A stretch of 64,000 nt of DNA from Nitrososphaerota archaeon (GCA_028867755.1 JAGWFT010000001.1:164727-228726); one strand, 5' to 3'. Counted from the stretch's first letter, positions 18,767 to 29,674 are shown. Notes: generated by a model from the letters alone, not told the origin. Translations and numbers: made by a program.

Positions 18767-19447
18767 GTGTGGTCAATATTATATCAATTGGACAAGATAG
18801 AAAAAATTCTGGATGGAATGATAAAGACTATGGATACAGTAAAACCACCACGTATGACTGCATTACGACAATTACGTGAGGCTGAAAATGGAAGTCCTTT
18901 GAGCATACTTATTGGTACAATACTTTCAGCACGAACAAGAGACGAAAATACATCTATGGTAGTCAAAAAACTATTCTCCCAATACAAAACTGCACATGCT
19001 ATTGCCAAAGCAAGGGTCTCTGACATTGAAAAGATTATCAAATCTACAGGGTTTTATCATGTAAAGGCAAAGCGCATAATCGAAGTAGCTTCCATAATAG
19101 ATTCAAAATATTCTGGCAAGGTGCCACAAACATTGGACAAGCTAGTTGAGTTACCAGGTGTAGGGCGAAAGACTGCAAATTGTGTTTTGGTTTATGCATT
19201 TGACAAGCCAGCTATACCTGTAGATACACATGTGCACAGAATTTCAAATAGGCTTGGACTTGTCAAGACAAAAACCCCAGAGGATACAGAGATTGAGCTT
19301 ATGAAGAAAATTCCAAAAGAACACTGGCTCCGGATAAATGATACATTTGTTATGTATGGCCAAAACATATGCAAACCAATATCCCCAATGTGTTCAGTTT
19401 GTCAGATAAAAAAAGAATGCAATTTTTACAAGACTAACGCTTCTTAG
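18767..19447 (+). CDS. nth: Endonuclease III
   Basis: ILSARTRD; HhH motif LPGVGRKTANCV; VDTHVHR; C-x6-C-x2-C-x5-C Fe-S motif. Confidence 0.95.
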   Translation: MWSILYQLDKIEKILDGMIKTMDTVKPPRMTALRQLREAENGSPLSILIGTILSARTRDENTSMVVKKLFSQYKTAHAIAKARVSDIEKIIKSTGFYHVKAKRIIEVASIIDSKYSGKVPQTLDKLVELPGVGRKTANCVLVYAFDKPAIPVDTHVHRISNRLGLVKTKTPEDTEIELMKKIPKEHWLRINDTFVMYGQNICKPISPMCSVCQIKKECNFYKTNAS

Positions 19448-20120
19448 TCTTTATTAAAACACCAATCAAAACTCCAGTTACTCCAACTACAATAAATGGC
19501 ATATAGAAAATCGGATTTTGTGCAGGATCTCCTGAAACTATGCTTATAGCAACATTTCCTGAAGATACAGCTGGAGGATCAGAAGTTGAATCTAGCCCAG
19601 ATGCCGTAACGTCCCTTACTGTGAATCCTGCTATATCTAAATTATCAACAAGTACCTGCTGACCTATTGTTGCAGAGAGTCCACCATTACTAGAATGCTG
19701 TACTGTCACAATCTGACCTGGACTCCATCCTCCAGTTTTTTCCTCGTGAATCAAAAAGTACCCGTCTTCTGGAGTATTGACAGCTATCCATAATCTATAA
19801 TCTGGTGCTCCGCCCATCCCAACCTCGATGAATTTCTGTTCCTTGGGATCCTCGTAGAGTCTGATTATAGCATTACCATTTGGATTTGCATATGTCAGTT
19901 TATTTTCCATGGTAAGCTGCCAGTTAGTAACATGTTCATGTGGTAGCTTGAAAATAGTGGCGTTATCTCTTATAACATTAAATGCGTCAGAAGGTATCTC
20001 AACTGTGTCATAACGCACAGATTTGTTCATCGTAGATTCTTGAGCATATACAGGTAAAAGTGGTGTTACCAGTAAGAGTACAACAAGTATCAAGCTACGC
20101 ATGATATGAGATTGAATCAT
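19434..20120 (-). CDS. Hypothetical secreted protein with C-terminal membrane anchor
   Basis: Signal peptide, beta-rich body, C-terminal TM followed by KTKKR. Confidence 0.7.
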   Translation of the reverse strand: MIQSHIMRSLILVVLLLVTPLLPVYAQESTMNKSVRYDTVEIPSDAFNVIRDNATIFKLPHEHVTNWQLTMENKLTYANPNGNAIIRLYEDPKEQKFIEVGMGGAPDYRLWIAVNTPEDGYFLIHEEKTGGWSPGQIVTVQHSSNGGLSATIGQQVLVDNLDIAGFTVRDVTASGLDSTSDPPAVSSGNVAISIVSGDPAQNPIFYMPFIVVGVTGVLIGVLIKTKKR

Positions 20121-20132
20121 TTCAATAAAAAT

Positions 20133-21263
20133 CTAGTCAACAAACGGATTATCCCAATTCATGAGGATCTTCGATACCTCTGGTCTAATCATATATTCTG
20201 ACGGGCTTTGTTTTTCAAGGATCATAGCTCTGAGTTTTGTACCACTAAGCTGCTCCTGAAATTCTGTCCCATGCGGACAATTTTTTTCACTTGCAAATGA
20301 CAAACATTTTTTGCAATAGAAAAAAGCAGGATAGAATATTGGCTCTATCCCAATATCAGTATAGTCATCAAATATTCTCTGTGAAGCAAATGGATCATAA
20401 TAATTTCCTACACCGGCATGATCCCTACCTATTATGATATGAGTACAACCGAAATTCTTTCTCATTATAGCATGATGAATTGCTTCTTTTGGACCAGCAT
20501 ATTGCATCTCGGTGTGTAGAGTAGCAAGATAGCATCGATTTTGTGGGTAGTAATATTTTATCAGAGTCTCATAGGCTGAGACTATCACTTCGTCCTTGTA
20601 ATCACCTGATTTTTTCTTTCCTATTAGAGGATTAACGAACAGTCCATCGTGAGTGTTCAATGATGTCTTTTGAAGCATCTCATGTGCAACATGTGGCACA
20701 TTTCTAGTCTGAAAACCGACTATTGTCTTCCATCCTGCCTTCTCAAATAACTCTCTTGTTTCTCTAGGGGTCTTTCTGTATCTACGAATTGTTGTTTCTA
20801 CTGGTCTTTTGATATAGTCAATTTTGCCCCCAACTAGAGATTCTTTCATTGACAGAGTTTTTGCTACTCCTGGGTGTTTTTCATCAATTGTGCCATAGAT
20901 TCCCTTTGCTGTTGTGTTTTTATCAAATGTATAGATCTCCTCTACATGTAATACAGCGAAATTTACACCGTTAACACTTAGGGCAGTATCTTTTGCATCT
21001 TTCATCTTAGTTGCAGTTTCTTTATCAACATCAAGTACTATTGGAATTGTCCAAGGAAGATCATTTGCCAATCTTCCCTTGGTAATTACTTTGTTAAAAT
21101 CCTCACGTAGAAGAAATCCCTCAAGTGGGCTGAAAATACCATCAGCGATATTTTCAATATCGCTTGCTAGATCAGCACTGACTGGTACTGAAAATAGATT
21201 GTCTTGGTTTTTACTTGTAGTTCTGTTTACTAGCTTACCGCCATGTGGTTGTGCAGTACCCAT
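20133..21263 (-). CDS. sat: Sulfate adenylyltransferase
   Basis: [26 protein letters not shown] and GRDHAGVG motifs. Confidence 0.97.
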   Translation of the reverse strand: MGTAQPHGGKLVNRTTSKNQDNLFSVPVSADLASDIENIADGIFSPLEGFLLREDFNKVITKGRLANDLPWTIPIVLDVDKETATKMKDAKDTALSVNGVNFAVLHVEEIYTFDKNTTAKGIYGTIDEKHPGVAKTLSMKESLVGGKIDYIKRPVETTIRRYRKTPRETRELFEKAGWKTIVGFQTRNVPHVAHEMLQKTSLNTHDGLFVNPLIGKKKSGDYKDEVIVSAYETLIKYYYPQNRCYLATLHTEMQYAGPKEAIHHAIMRKNFGCTHIIIGRDHAGVGNYYDPFASQRIFDDYTDIGIEPIFYPAFFYCKKCLSFASEKNCPHGTEFQEQLSGTKLRAMILEKQSPSEYMIRPEVSKILMNWDNPFVD

Positions 21264-21280
21264 TCAAATTCACTAAAACA

Positions 21281-22000
21281 CTACTTTCCATGTTCCGCGT
21301 GCAATCCACATTCTTTTTGAGGATCTGTTTCCCACCACCAACGCCCTGCCCGTAATGGTTCCCCTGATTTGATTGCACGTGTACAAGGTTCACATCCTAT
21401 GCTAGGATATCCTTTGTCGTGAAGTTTGTTGTAAGGCACATTATTTTTCTTAATGTAATCCCAAGTTTGTTCCCATGTCCATTCGATTATAGGATTTATT
21501 TTGACAATATTGTCGTGTTGCGGGTCAATCTCAATGCTTTGGGCACTAGATCTGACTTCAGTTTGGTCAGCTCTGAGTCCAGTTATCCATCCATCTACAG
21601 TTGAGAGCATCTTCTTAAGTGGATGAACTTTTCTTATACCGCAGCAAAGTTTGCGATTTCCCATGCTTTGATAAAATAAATTCATGCCATTTACTTTAAC
21701 CATTTGTTCGACTTCATTAAAGTCTGGAAACATTACCTCGATATTTGTGTTATACTTGTTTCTTATCTCATCCATAACATCATACGTCTCTTGATTCAAT
21801 CTACCAGTATCAAGTGTAAAGATTCTAGATTTTGGGTTTATTTTCATCATCATATCAATTACTACAACATCTTCTGCTCCAAAACTTGATGCCATAGCCA
21901 ATCTAGGATGAAGGTTATCTAATGCCCATTTGAGGACTTCTTGTGGGGTCTTCAGTTTTTCGTTTAACTGCTGTATTTGGTCTGCAGTAAAACTATGCAT
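21281..22000 (-). CDS. cysH: APS/PAPS reductase (4Fe-4S APS-reductase type)
   Basis: SSFGAED, LDTGRL, CCGIRK, IGCEPCT and ECGLH motifs; likely start MHSFT at 22000 (track gives 22024). Confidence 0.95.
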   Translation of the reverse strand: MHSFTADQIQQLNEKLKTPQEVLKWALDNLHPRLAMASSFGAEDVVVIDMMMKINPKSRIFTLDTGRLNQETYDVMDEIRNKYNTNIEVMFPDFNEVEQMVKVNGMNLFYQSMGNRKLCCGIRKVHPLKKMLSTVDGWITGLRADQTEVRSSAQSIEIDPQHDNIVKINPIIEWTWEQTWDYIKKNNVPYNKLHDKGYPSIGCEPCTRAIKSGEPLRAGRWWWETDPQKECGLHAEHGK

Positions 22001-22062
22001 AAAAAAACACCTCCGTTTGGTCATATAATTATTTAGGTTGATCTTCTATTCTAGAATTATAA

Positions 22063-23211
22063 GTGAGCCAAGATATTGGAAAGAAAATGAGTGAGAAAAC
22101 TGTACTGGTTGTTTTTCCGTCTGCTTTCTCACTAAATAAGATAGATGCCTTAGAGGTAAGTATCTCAAATATTCTCAAAATCAAAAAACAAAACTTCACT
22201 TGTATACGAAAGAATAGTTCAGTTATAGTGATAGAATCTAATGATCCGGTTCTTGCCTCCTCTGCAATTGGATCGCTTTTTGGTATTGATAAAATAGCTA
22301 TCGCAAAGGAAGTCAAGAACCAATTCAATGTAGTGCTTACTACAATTACAAATACAAGCATGAATTTGTTGTTGAAAGGAGAGAAATTTTACATCAAGAT
22401 TGAAGGAAAAACTACAGATTACTTGGCAAAAGATTTGGAAGTTGCAGCTACTACATCTTTAATTGAGAGATCAATTGATCTTCAAGTAAAACCTGGTTCG
22501 GAATCAGATCATACCAGATTACTTTACACATATCTTACAGAATCTCATGCGTATGTTTGCATTTTTGTAGATAAGGGATTAGGAGGTGCTCCATATAATT
22601 CTCAGAAGGAAACCATACTTTGCTGCATTTATGATGAATTATCTGCTATAACATGTCTGCAAAGTATCAAGATGGGTTTTGACCTAAAAATACTTGTGAG
22701 TTATTCTGATGATTCAGATCTTCTCAAGATATCTAAAATGATAAATAGAATATTACCGTCAATTGCTCAAGAAAAAATTATTCTTCAATTCTGTAAAATG
22801 CCAAAGATCCAAGATCTGTTAACAAAAATCTTGATAGTGACACATCTTATGACATCTATTGCGTCTTCTAGAAATATTAAACATATATCATTATCAATAC
22901 TGCCTTTTGCATTTCCAATATGGTTTATAGAAGACAATGCGAAGATTGTTTTACAGAAGAATTTGATGCCATGGCTCCCACTTGCTGGTATGGATTCTAG
23001 TATTATTGAAAATTCCAAGCAGATAGGATTAGAAAAATATCTTATAAATATAGAGAATCTATGTAAATCAAAATTTAACAAAAAAAACATTTCAAAGGAG
23101 AAAATTCAAAAAAATGTAAATGATGCATTAAAAAATCTTGAAATGGTATCACTAACTGTAGGACAAAAAAACGTGTATGATATAATCGATTCTTTGAGAA
23201 TGAATCATTGA
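22063..23211 (+). CDS. ThiI-like THUMP-domain protein with degenerate PP-loop
   Basis: N-terminal ferredoxin-like/THUMP layout (FGIDKIAIA, GEKFYIKIEG); ETILCCIYDELS replaces the SGGxDS motif. Confidence 0.65.
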   Translation: MSQDIGKKMSEKTVLVVFPSAFSLNKIDALEVSISNILKIKKQNFTCIRKNSSVIVIESNDPVLASSAIGSLFGIDKIAIAKEVKNQFNVVLTTITNTSMNLLLKGEKFYIKIEGKTTDYLAKDLEVAATTSLIERSIDLQVKPGSESDHTRLLYTYLTESHAYVCIFVDKGLGGAPYNSQKETILCCIYDELSAITCLQSIKMGFDLKILVSYSDDSDLLKISKMINRILPSIAQEKIILQFCKMPKIQDLLTKILIVTHLMTSIASSRNIKHISLSILPFAFPIWFIEDNAKIVLQKNLMPWLPLAGMDSSIIENSKQIGLEKYLINIENLCKSKFNKKNISKEKIQKNVNDALKNLEMVSLTVGQKNVYDIIDSLRMNH

Positions 23212-23242
23212 GAATTTAAATGGGACTAATTTAGCTGCATGC

Positions 23243-24478
23243 ATGAAAAAGATAGGCGGGTTTATCAATCCGTGGGGTAATGGCCATTTCACCAGAATGA
23301 TGGCCCTTGACGATGCAATTCGTCAAAACATGAGAGAAGATGATCTTGACATTCATTATTCAAGTAGTGGAGAGATTTATCAAAAGCTTCTCAAGAAATT
23401 CTCTGCAAAAAAAGAAAATCTTCACAATATAACAATTCCTACACCCATTGATGGTAAATGTGGCCCAAGTATTACTTTATCTCTATTCAACATTCTCCTT
23501 CCTGTTGCAGGCAGACAACCTCTTGTTTCAGTGATGGCAAAATATCTAATCGCTGAAGGAAAATTGTATGATAAGCAAAAATTTGATCTTGTTGTTAATG
23601 ATGGTGATGTAGGTTCAAACATCATAGCAGAAAAGAGAAATGTCAAGTCCATCTTTATTACAAATCAATTCAGACCTAAACTTTGGGTATCACGATCCTT
23701 TTTTTATCCAGCAGTAATGTACATATCAAAGAAAATTGCAAAGGCTTCAAAGATAGTTGTTGCAGATTCCCCTCCTCCTTATACCATATGTGAGTACAAC
23801 CTCAACTTTCCTGAAAGATTAAAGAAAAAAATAGTGTATGCAGGCCATTTTTCAAACGGCACTACAATTAATCATGATACAAAGTCAGATCTGGAGAAAT
23901 TGATTGAAAATGTAGATAGTTTTGGATACTGGATGATAACTGGTAACAAGTCAACAAATAAGGCAACTTCCACCAAATATGAAAAGGTCTTTCATGCCAC
24001 TGAAATGAATAGTGAAAGGAGGGTTGTCTCACATGCAAAAAATGATTCTTCTTTGGATAAGGTACTTGGTAAGGACGGTAAGACGTACTCAATTTCTGAA
24101 GCTGTTGAGAAAAATATTGATTGGATTCAAATGGATGTAGGGTTTCTCTCTGAACAAGAAAAAGATACCGTTTTGAATTTGTGTAAATATGCTGTGATAA
24201 ATGGCTCTCATACTGCGATGGGAGAGATATTAGGTACAAAGGCAAAGCCAATCATAGGAATTCCTGTCTATGATGAACATACAAATCAGATAAAATGGGC
24301 TGAAGAGAGAAAACTTGGCATTCTTGCCACCAACATCAAGCAAACAGTGGGTGCGGTTTCTGAGATACACAACAACTACAACAAGTATCAGGAAAATCTG
24401 GTGGAATTTGCCAAAAACTATGATAGAAATGGAACTAGGAAAACTGTAGAGATAATTTCAGAAATGCTCGAAGACTAG
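23243..24478 (+). CDS. GT-B glycosyltransferase (GT28/MurG-like)
   Basis: WGNGHFTR N-terminal motif; NGSHTAMGE..PIIGIP..EH C-terminal motif. Confidence 0.8.
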   Translation: MKKIGGFINPWGNGHFTRMMALDDAIRQNMREDDLDIHYSSSGEIYQKLLKKFSAKKENLHNITIPTPIDGKCGPSITLSLFNILLPVAGRQPLVSVMAKYLIAEGKLYDKQKFDLVVNDGDVGSNIIAEKRNVKSIFITNQFRPKLWVSRSFFYPAVMYISKKIAKASKIVVADSPPPYTICEYNLNFPERLKKKIVYAGHFSNGTTINHDTKSDLEKLIENVDSFGYWMITGNKSTNKATSTKYEKVFHATEMNSERRVVSHAKNDSSLDKVLGKDGKTYSISEAVEKNIDWIQMDVGFLSEQEKDTVLNLCKYAVINGSHTAMGEILGTKAKPIIGIPVYDEHTNQIKWAEERKLGILATNIKQTVGAVSEIHNNYNKYQENLVEFAKNYDRNGTRKTVEIISEMLED

Positions 24479-24511
24479 AAAGGATTATAATTTTTAAAAT
24501 ATAATTTCAAA

Positions 24512-24582
24512 TTCTGGTACGCGGCATTTTTCGATGGGCGAACTGACCGAAGAGGGATGAAGACATAGACCGCGTACCAGAA
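24512..24582. other. 13-bp perfect inverted repeat closing a 45-nt insert (candidate small structured RNA or DNA element)
   Basis: TTCTGGTACGCGG at 24512-24524 and CCGCGTACCAGAA at 24570-24582. Confidence 0.5.
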
Positions 24583-24611
24583 ACTAGCAAAAGCTTTTAT
24601 GGATAACTCTA

Positions 24612-24845
24612 GTGATCGCGTCATTGACTGAGTGTCCTGAGTGTGCATCCAGACAGATTCAAGTAGAAATGAAATTTGATCCTAACACAAAACACTTCAT
24701 TTGTAAAAAATGCGGATTGTTTGCAACCAGAGAACAAATAAGTGATATCAAATACAAATTAAATAAACGTGAAAAGACACGTGAAGATAAACACGATGAA
24801 TATCGCGACTGGTGGCAATCAAGTAAGAAAGAAAAGCAGAGTTAG
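24612..24845 (+). CDS. Small zinc-ribbon protein
   Basis: CPEC...CKKCG motifs; start may be TTG at 24624. Confidence 0.8.
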   Translation: MIASLTECPECASRQIQVEMKFDPNTKHFICKKCGLFATREQISDIKYKLNKREKTREDKHDEYRDWWQSSKKEKQS

Positions 24846-24863
24846 TTAGAAAGGTGAGTAGAA

Positions 24864-25256
24864 ATGGTTAAAGAAATTCCAAAATGGGCACAAGATGAAA
24901 TAAAGAATGCCAAATTCGGTAAGCCGGAATCTCTTACAAGAACAGGCTACATACTTGAGATATATGATAAGGACATGAAAATAGACGCTCAGATTTACGA
25001 AGCTGTTGAGGATGGTAGAAAAATCATAGAAGGTATAAGTCTACCAAAGAAGACCAAGGCATCGGATCTTATGAAAGGAGTTGTCTATGAATTTACAATC
25101 AATGCTTACAAGGCGCCTTTAGGTAAAAAGCTCATAGAATTTCTCAAAAAAGAAATGGAGATTGACATGGATGCAATATACCAATTTGAACTTGCAGGTC
25201 TTGAGCTAATGGATGTTGATTCTGATTCAGCTAGCTCAGACGAATCAGAAGAATAA
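24864..25256 (+). CDS. Conserved hypothetical protein with acidic tail
   Basis: Clean 130-aa ORF co-oriented with the zinc-ribbon gene. Confidence 0.75.
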   Translation: MVKEIPKWAQDEIKNAKFGKPESLTRTGYILEIYDKDMKIDAQIYEAVEDGRKIIEGISLPKKTKASDLMKGVVYEFTINAYKAPLGKKLIEFLKKEMEIDMDAIYQFELAGLELMDVDSDSASSDESEE

Positions 25257-25266
25257 GGTATAGAAT

Positions 25267-26049
25267 TTAGTCTGCTTTTGATCTTCTAAAAATTGCACCA
25301 ATCATAGGATTTATCAGATATGGAAGTGTCTGTTTAAACCATATAGCAATTCTTACAAATTGAGGAACCACAATTTCAAGCCTAGGTGAAGAGGCAGCTC
25401 TTACAACTGCTTTTGCTACGGTATTTGCACTAAGAGCAGTGGTATATCTTGGCATCTTGCTAAATGAATTATTAAAAAAGTTAGTTCTTACCATTATAGG
25501 ACTTACGACTGTTATCCCAACGCCACTTCCTTTCAGCTCATGATATAGGGATTCTGAGAAACCCAGCATTGCAAACTTGGATGCACAATAACTAGCCATA
25601 CCAGGAATACCAAGACTTGCAGCTACAGAAGCTATGTTGACGATATGGCCAGATTTCTTTTCTAGCATTTTTGGCAAAAATACCTTTGTACAATATATCA
25701 TACCGAGATAGTTGGTTGACATTTGTGATTCTATTTCTTCTATTTTTAGGTCGTTAAAGTTACCATAAATTCCAAAACCTGCATTGTTGACAAGTATATC
25801 AATGGTACCAAACTTTTCCAAGATCTGTTTGCTCATTTGGATTACTTGATCCTTTTGAGATACATCACAAACGCATACAAGAATTTGAGTTTGATACTTG
25901 GTTAGTTCTCCTGCTACTTCCTCAAGCTTGTTCTTATCCCTTGAAACAAGTACAACAAAAGCATGCAACTTGGCAAATTTTGATGCAGATTCTCTTCCGA
26001 TTCCGCTTGATGCACCAGTTATTACAACTACTTTTCCTGAATAATTCAT
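25267..26049 (-). CDS. Short-chain dehydrogenase/reductase
   Basis: TGASSGIG, NNAG and YCASK motifs. Confidence 0.93.
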   Translation of the reverse strand: MNYSGKVVVITGASSGIGRESASKFAKLHAFVVLVSRDKNKLEEVAGELTKYQTQILVCVCDVSQKDQVIQMSKQILEKFGTIDILVNNAGFGIYGNFNDLKIEEIESQMSTNYLGMIYCTKVFLPKMLEKKSGHIVNIASVAASLGIPGMASYCASKFAMLGFSESLYHELKGSGVGITVVSPIMVRTNFFNNSFSKMPRYTTALSANTVAKAVVRAASSPRLEIVVPQFVRIAIWFKQTLPYLINPMIGAIFRRSKAD

Positions 26050-26083
26050 AACAAAAAATAGGATTGTGAAAATAAAGTGCTTT

Positions 26084-27100
26084 CTATAGTGTTTTTTGAT
26101 TTTTAATACTTGGATATACGACCTTCATTAGAAATAGCCAACTTATCACAAGACCAACATGATAGGTTGCAATTCTCCAAGCTATAATGATATTCCACTG
26201 GAGGCTATCCTTTGTAGCCTCATACGTCAATGTATTCAGATGACCAAGATATGCCCATATAGCAAACTCGGTTAAACCAGAACCACCAATAGTTACCGGC
26301 AAGTTTCCTACTGCATTTGCAGCCATCGTAGCCATTAGAGAGTGAAGAAAATCTATGACATAACCTGCTCCATTAGCAATTATCATAAACGAAAGTCCGT
26401 AGAAAGACCAAGTTAATGCGGAGATCGCCATTGACACTACAAAGGCTTTTTTGATTTGTTGGTTATGTCGCGTTTCTCTACTCATATCACAAATTTCTTT
26501 CATCCAAAGATTGGTTTTTTCAATATACTGCAAAGAACGGCCTTTTCCTACTCTTGCAGCAACTTTTGAGATCCATTTTGGTACCTGAAATGTTCTTTTG
26601 GATGATAAGAAAAATAACGAAGCCCAAACTCCTGTTATGGGTAAACTGACTGCAAGTATTGCTATACCAACTACATACGCTCCATAAGCAAAGGAAAAGG
26701 CTGCTGCAGTAATAGCAAATATTCCAGATACCAAAACCTCTGTTACGATTTCTACAATTGTAACATAAGATGCCTTTCCAACTGGAATACCTTTCTTGCT
26801 TAACCACATGATTCTCACTAACTCACCACCTACAAAAGACGGGGTTGTTGATGTGACAAATTCACTTCCTATTCTTACCGAGATTGTTCTCCAGTTTACA
26901 TCTACTGGTCCCAAAAATTTCCTAACTAAATAATTAAATTTCAAACCTTGGGTAAACAGTTTACATGCCATAGCAAACGCGGCTCCAATGAATGGTATCA
27001 TTCCTACGGCAAGCAGATTTGCTAGACTAACGTTAAACGTGGCTGCAATAATCAGAAATGGTATTACACTTACAGGTATTGCTAATAACTTCCAATTCAT
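26084..27100 (-). CDS. UPF0104 / lysylphosphatidylglycerol synthase TM-type flippase-like membrane protein
   Basis: TTPSFVGGELVR, PVTIGGSGLTE and WRIATYH motifs; start moved to ATG 27100 to avoid overlapping the divergent gene. Confidence 0.8.
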   Translation of the reverse strand: MNWKLLAIPVSVIPFLIIAATFNVSLANLLAVGMIPFIGAAFAMACKLFTQGLKFNYLVRKFLGPVDVNWRTISVRIGSEFVTSTTPSFVGGELVRIMWLSKKGIPVGKASYVTIVEIVTEVLVSGIFAITAAAFSFAYGAYVVGIAILAVSLPITGVWASLFFLSSKRTFQVPKWISKVAARVGKGRSLQYIEKTNLWMKEICDMSRETRHNQQIKKAFVVSMAISALTWSFYGLSFMIIANGAGYVIDFLHSLMATMAANAVGNLPVTIGGSGLTEFAIWAYLGHLNTLTYEATKDSLQWNIIIAWRIATYHVGLVISWLFLMKVVYPSIKNQKTL

Positions 27101-27156
27101 AGCATGCTCTATCCATGGATGGAAATATAAGCTCAGCATAAAATAATTGATCAAAA

Positions 27157-27921
27157 ATGAAAGCAATTTTTCTTGTAGGAACTGCAGGATCTGGAAAAAC
27201 TTTACTGGCTTCAAAGATTTTAGATTATTACACTAGAAATGGTCATTTTGTAGGAATGCTAAATTTAGACCCTGGAGTAGAAAATCTCCCATACACATGC
27301 GATATAGATGTAAGGGACTTTGTAGATATTGTATCAATAATGAGGCAATATGACCTAGGTCCAAATGGATCTATGATCATGGCAAATGATCTCATCGCTT
27401 CTAAGATTGATGAACTACAACGTGAGGTTGATAACGTGAATCCAGATTATCTTATAGTGGATACTCCCGGTCAAATTGAATTATTTGCATACAGAGTTAG
27501 TGGTCCTTTTTTTGTACAGAACCTAAACGCAGAACAAAAGACATCAATATTTCTTCACGATGGTTCCTTCATTACAACAGCAATCAATTTTGTATCAGTT
27601 GCATTACTTGCAACATCTGTTAAGCTAAGGTTAGGTTTACCTCAGGTAAATGTGATAACAAAGGTAGATCTTATAGAAGACAAAATTAGAGACATAATGA
27701 AATGGTCTTCAAGTATGTCAAGTCTTGAAGATGCTATTGCAAGAGAATCAGATGGAGAAAGTTATACTCTAGCTACAAATCTTTTGCGAAGTTTGAATTT
27801 AGGTGGGTTTGCTCAAGGATTAATTCCAATTTCAAATGCTACAGGAAGTGGCATGATTAACCTTCAGACTGCACTGAGTAGAATTCTTAACATGGGAGAG
27901 GAGATGGAAGACTATGGTTGA
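27157..27921 (+). CDS. GPN-loop GTPase
   Basis: GTAGSGKT, NLDPG, LGPNG and DTPGQIELF motifs. Confidence 0.95.
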   Translation: MKAIFLVGTAGSGKTLLASKILDYYTRNGHFVGMLNLDPGVENLPYTCDIDVRDFVDIVSIMRQYDLGPNGSMIMANDLIASKIDELQREVDNVNPDYLIVDTPGQIELFAYRVSGPFFVQNLNAEQKTSIFLHDGSFITTAINFVSVALLATSVKLRLGLPQVNVITKVDLIEDKIRDIMKWSSSMSSLEDAIARESDGESYTLATNLLRSLNLGGFAQGLIPISNATGSGMINLQTALSRILNMGEEMEDYG

Positions 27922-28831
27922 AAGCATAACTGTGAAAGCCCCTTGTTCTACTGCAAATCTAGGTCCAGGGTTTGACGTTTTTGGACTTGCATTAGATGCA
28001 TATTATGATCAAATCCAGTTAAAAAAAGAAGGTAGTGGAATCAAAATTCAAAGTCTTGACTCTGTTCCTATTGAACCAGAAAAAAATACTGCAGGTTTAG
28101 TAGTAAAAGAGATGGCCAAGAAATTTAAAATAAAAACTGGCCTAGTTTTAAAAATTAAGAAGGGTGTGCCAACAGGTTATGGAATGGGTAGTAGTGCGGC
28201 CTCAGCCGCTGCTGCAGCAGTTGCTTTTGATGCCTTGTTTAAATTGAAACTAGATGGAAATAGTCTGGTACAATATGCTGGAATGGGGGAGATGGCTAGT
28301 GCTGGATCAGTTCATTACGACAATGTTGCTGCGTCAGTTCTGGGTGGATTTGTTATAGTAAGAACATCTCCATTTAGTGTAATAACAGTCGATCCGCCCA
28401 AAGACTTGATCCTTTGTGTCGCTATTCCAAAAATTCATGTACCACAAAAAAAGACAGAGGTGTCAAGGAAGGTCCTTCCAAAACAAGTAAAGCTCTTAGA
28501 TCATGTCAAGAATCTCTCAAACGCAGCAGCACTAACAGCTGGATTTGTGAAAAAAGATGTTGATTTGATAGGTAATTCCATAAATGATATAATAGTAGAA
28601 CCAGCAAGAAAGCACTTGATTCCAGGTTTTGATAAGGTAAAGAATAATGCTCTTGATGCAGGAGCAATGGGAGTAACTATTAGCGGTGCTGGACCGTCAG
28701 TAATTGCTTTTACATCAATTCATGGTGATCCTAAAAAAATACTAAATTCCATGAAAAAGGGATTTGCAGCAGCTAATACAGAGTGTATAACAATAATATG
28801 CAAGCCAAGTATGGGAGCTGCTGTTATCTAG
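27914..28831 (+). CDS. thrB: Homoserine kinase
   Basis: ANLGPGFD, GYGMGSSAAS, HYDNVA and ISGAGPS motifs. Confidence 0.95.
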   Translation: MVESITVKAPCSTANLGPGFDVFGLALDAYYDQIQLKKEGSGIKIQSLDSVPIEPEKNTAGLVVKEMAKKFKIKTGLVLKIKKGVPTGYGMGSSAASAAAAAVAFDALFKLKLDGNSLVQYAGMGEMASAGSVHYDNVAASVLGGFVIVRTSPFSVITVDPPKDLILCVAIPKIHVPQKKTEVSRKVLPKQVKLLDHVKNLSNAAALTAGFVKKDVDLIGNSINDIIVEPARKHLIPGFDKVKNNALDAGAMGVTISGAGPSVIAFTSIHGDPKKILNSMKKGFAAANTECITIICKPSMGAAVI

Positions 28832-29608
28832 TTATTTTCTATGTAGAAAAGATTTCATTCTGTCTTCTCTTTCTTTAGTTGAAAAACAAAGAGACCATGA
28901 GTAAATTTCAAGCTTGAGCCCAGTATCTAAACTTGCATCCATTCCCTTATTGACGAGTGTTTTTGATACACCAATTGCAAAGGTACTATTTTTTGCAACG
29001 CTTTCAGCGTAAGATTTAGTCTCGGAGAGTAGAGTTTCAGATGAAAAAACTTTATTGATCAAGCCCATTGACAGAGCCTCCTCTGCGTTAATTCTTCTAC
29101 CCGAAAAAATCATGTCTTTTGCTTTTGCAGGACCTATGATTCGCAATAGTCTTTGCGTACCACCCCAACCAGGACATATTCCTAACGTTACTTCTGGCTG
29201 ACCTAATTGTGCATTTGGCGATGCAAATCTAATATCACATGATAATGCCAGTTCACAGCCTCCTCCAAGTGCATAGCCATTTATTGCTGCTATCACTGGT
29301 TTTTCCAGTTTTTCTATCTTGTTTAGAACCTCATGACCTCTTAGTGCGTATTTTTCTGCTTCTGCGGGTCCAATCTTGCTCATATATTCAATATCTGCAC
29401 CCGCCGAGAACGCTTTTTGTCCAGCTCCTGTGATTATGATCACTTTTGATGAATCTTTCTCCAATTCATCTAGAACCGAAATAAATTCATTCATGACATC
29501 AAGACTCATTGCATTTAGCTTATCTGCTCTATCGATTGTAATCTGAACAATATCATTCTCTTTTTCTACCGCGAGGTATTGCATAGCAAAAACATCACAA
29601 ATCTCCAA
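28832..29608 (-). CDS. Enoyl-CoA hydratase/crotonase family protein (resembles thaumarchaeal 3-hydroxypropionyl-CoA dehydratase/crotonyl-CoA hydratase)
   Basis: AFSAGADI, GGGCELA and GQPEVTLGICPGWGGTQRL motifs; orthology to the 3HP/4HB enzyme not verified. Confidence 0.88.
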   Translation of the reverse strand: MEICDVFAMQYLAVEKENDIVQITIDRADKLNAMSLDVMNEFISVLDELEKDSSKVIIITGAGQKAFSAGADIEYMSKIGPAEAEKYALRGHEVLNKIEKLEKPVIAAINGYALGGGCELALSCDIRFASPNAQLGQPEVTLGICPGWGGTQRLLRIIGPAKAKDMIFSGRRINAEEALSMGLINKVFSSETLLSETKSYAESVAKNSTFAIGVSKTLVNKGMDASLDTGLKLEIYSWSLCFSTKEREDRMKSFLHRK

Positions 29609-29674
29609 ATTAAACTTTAGAGTTGAAAGAAAATAGAAACCGAGTTATACTGCACCTCGTACAATGGAACTGCT

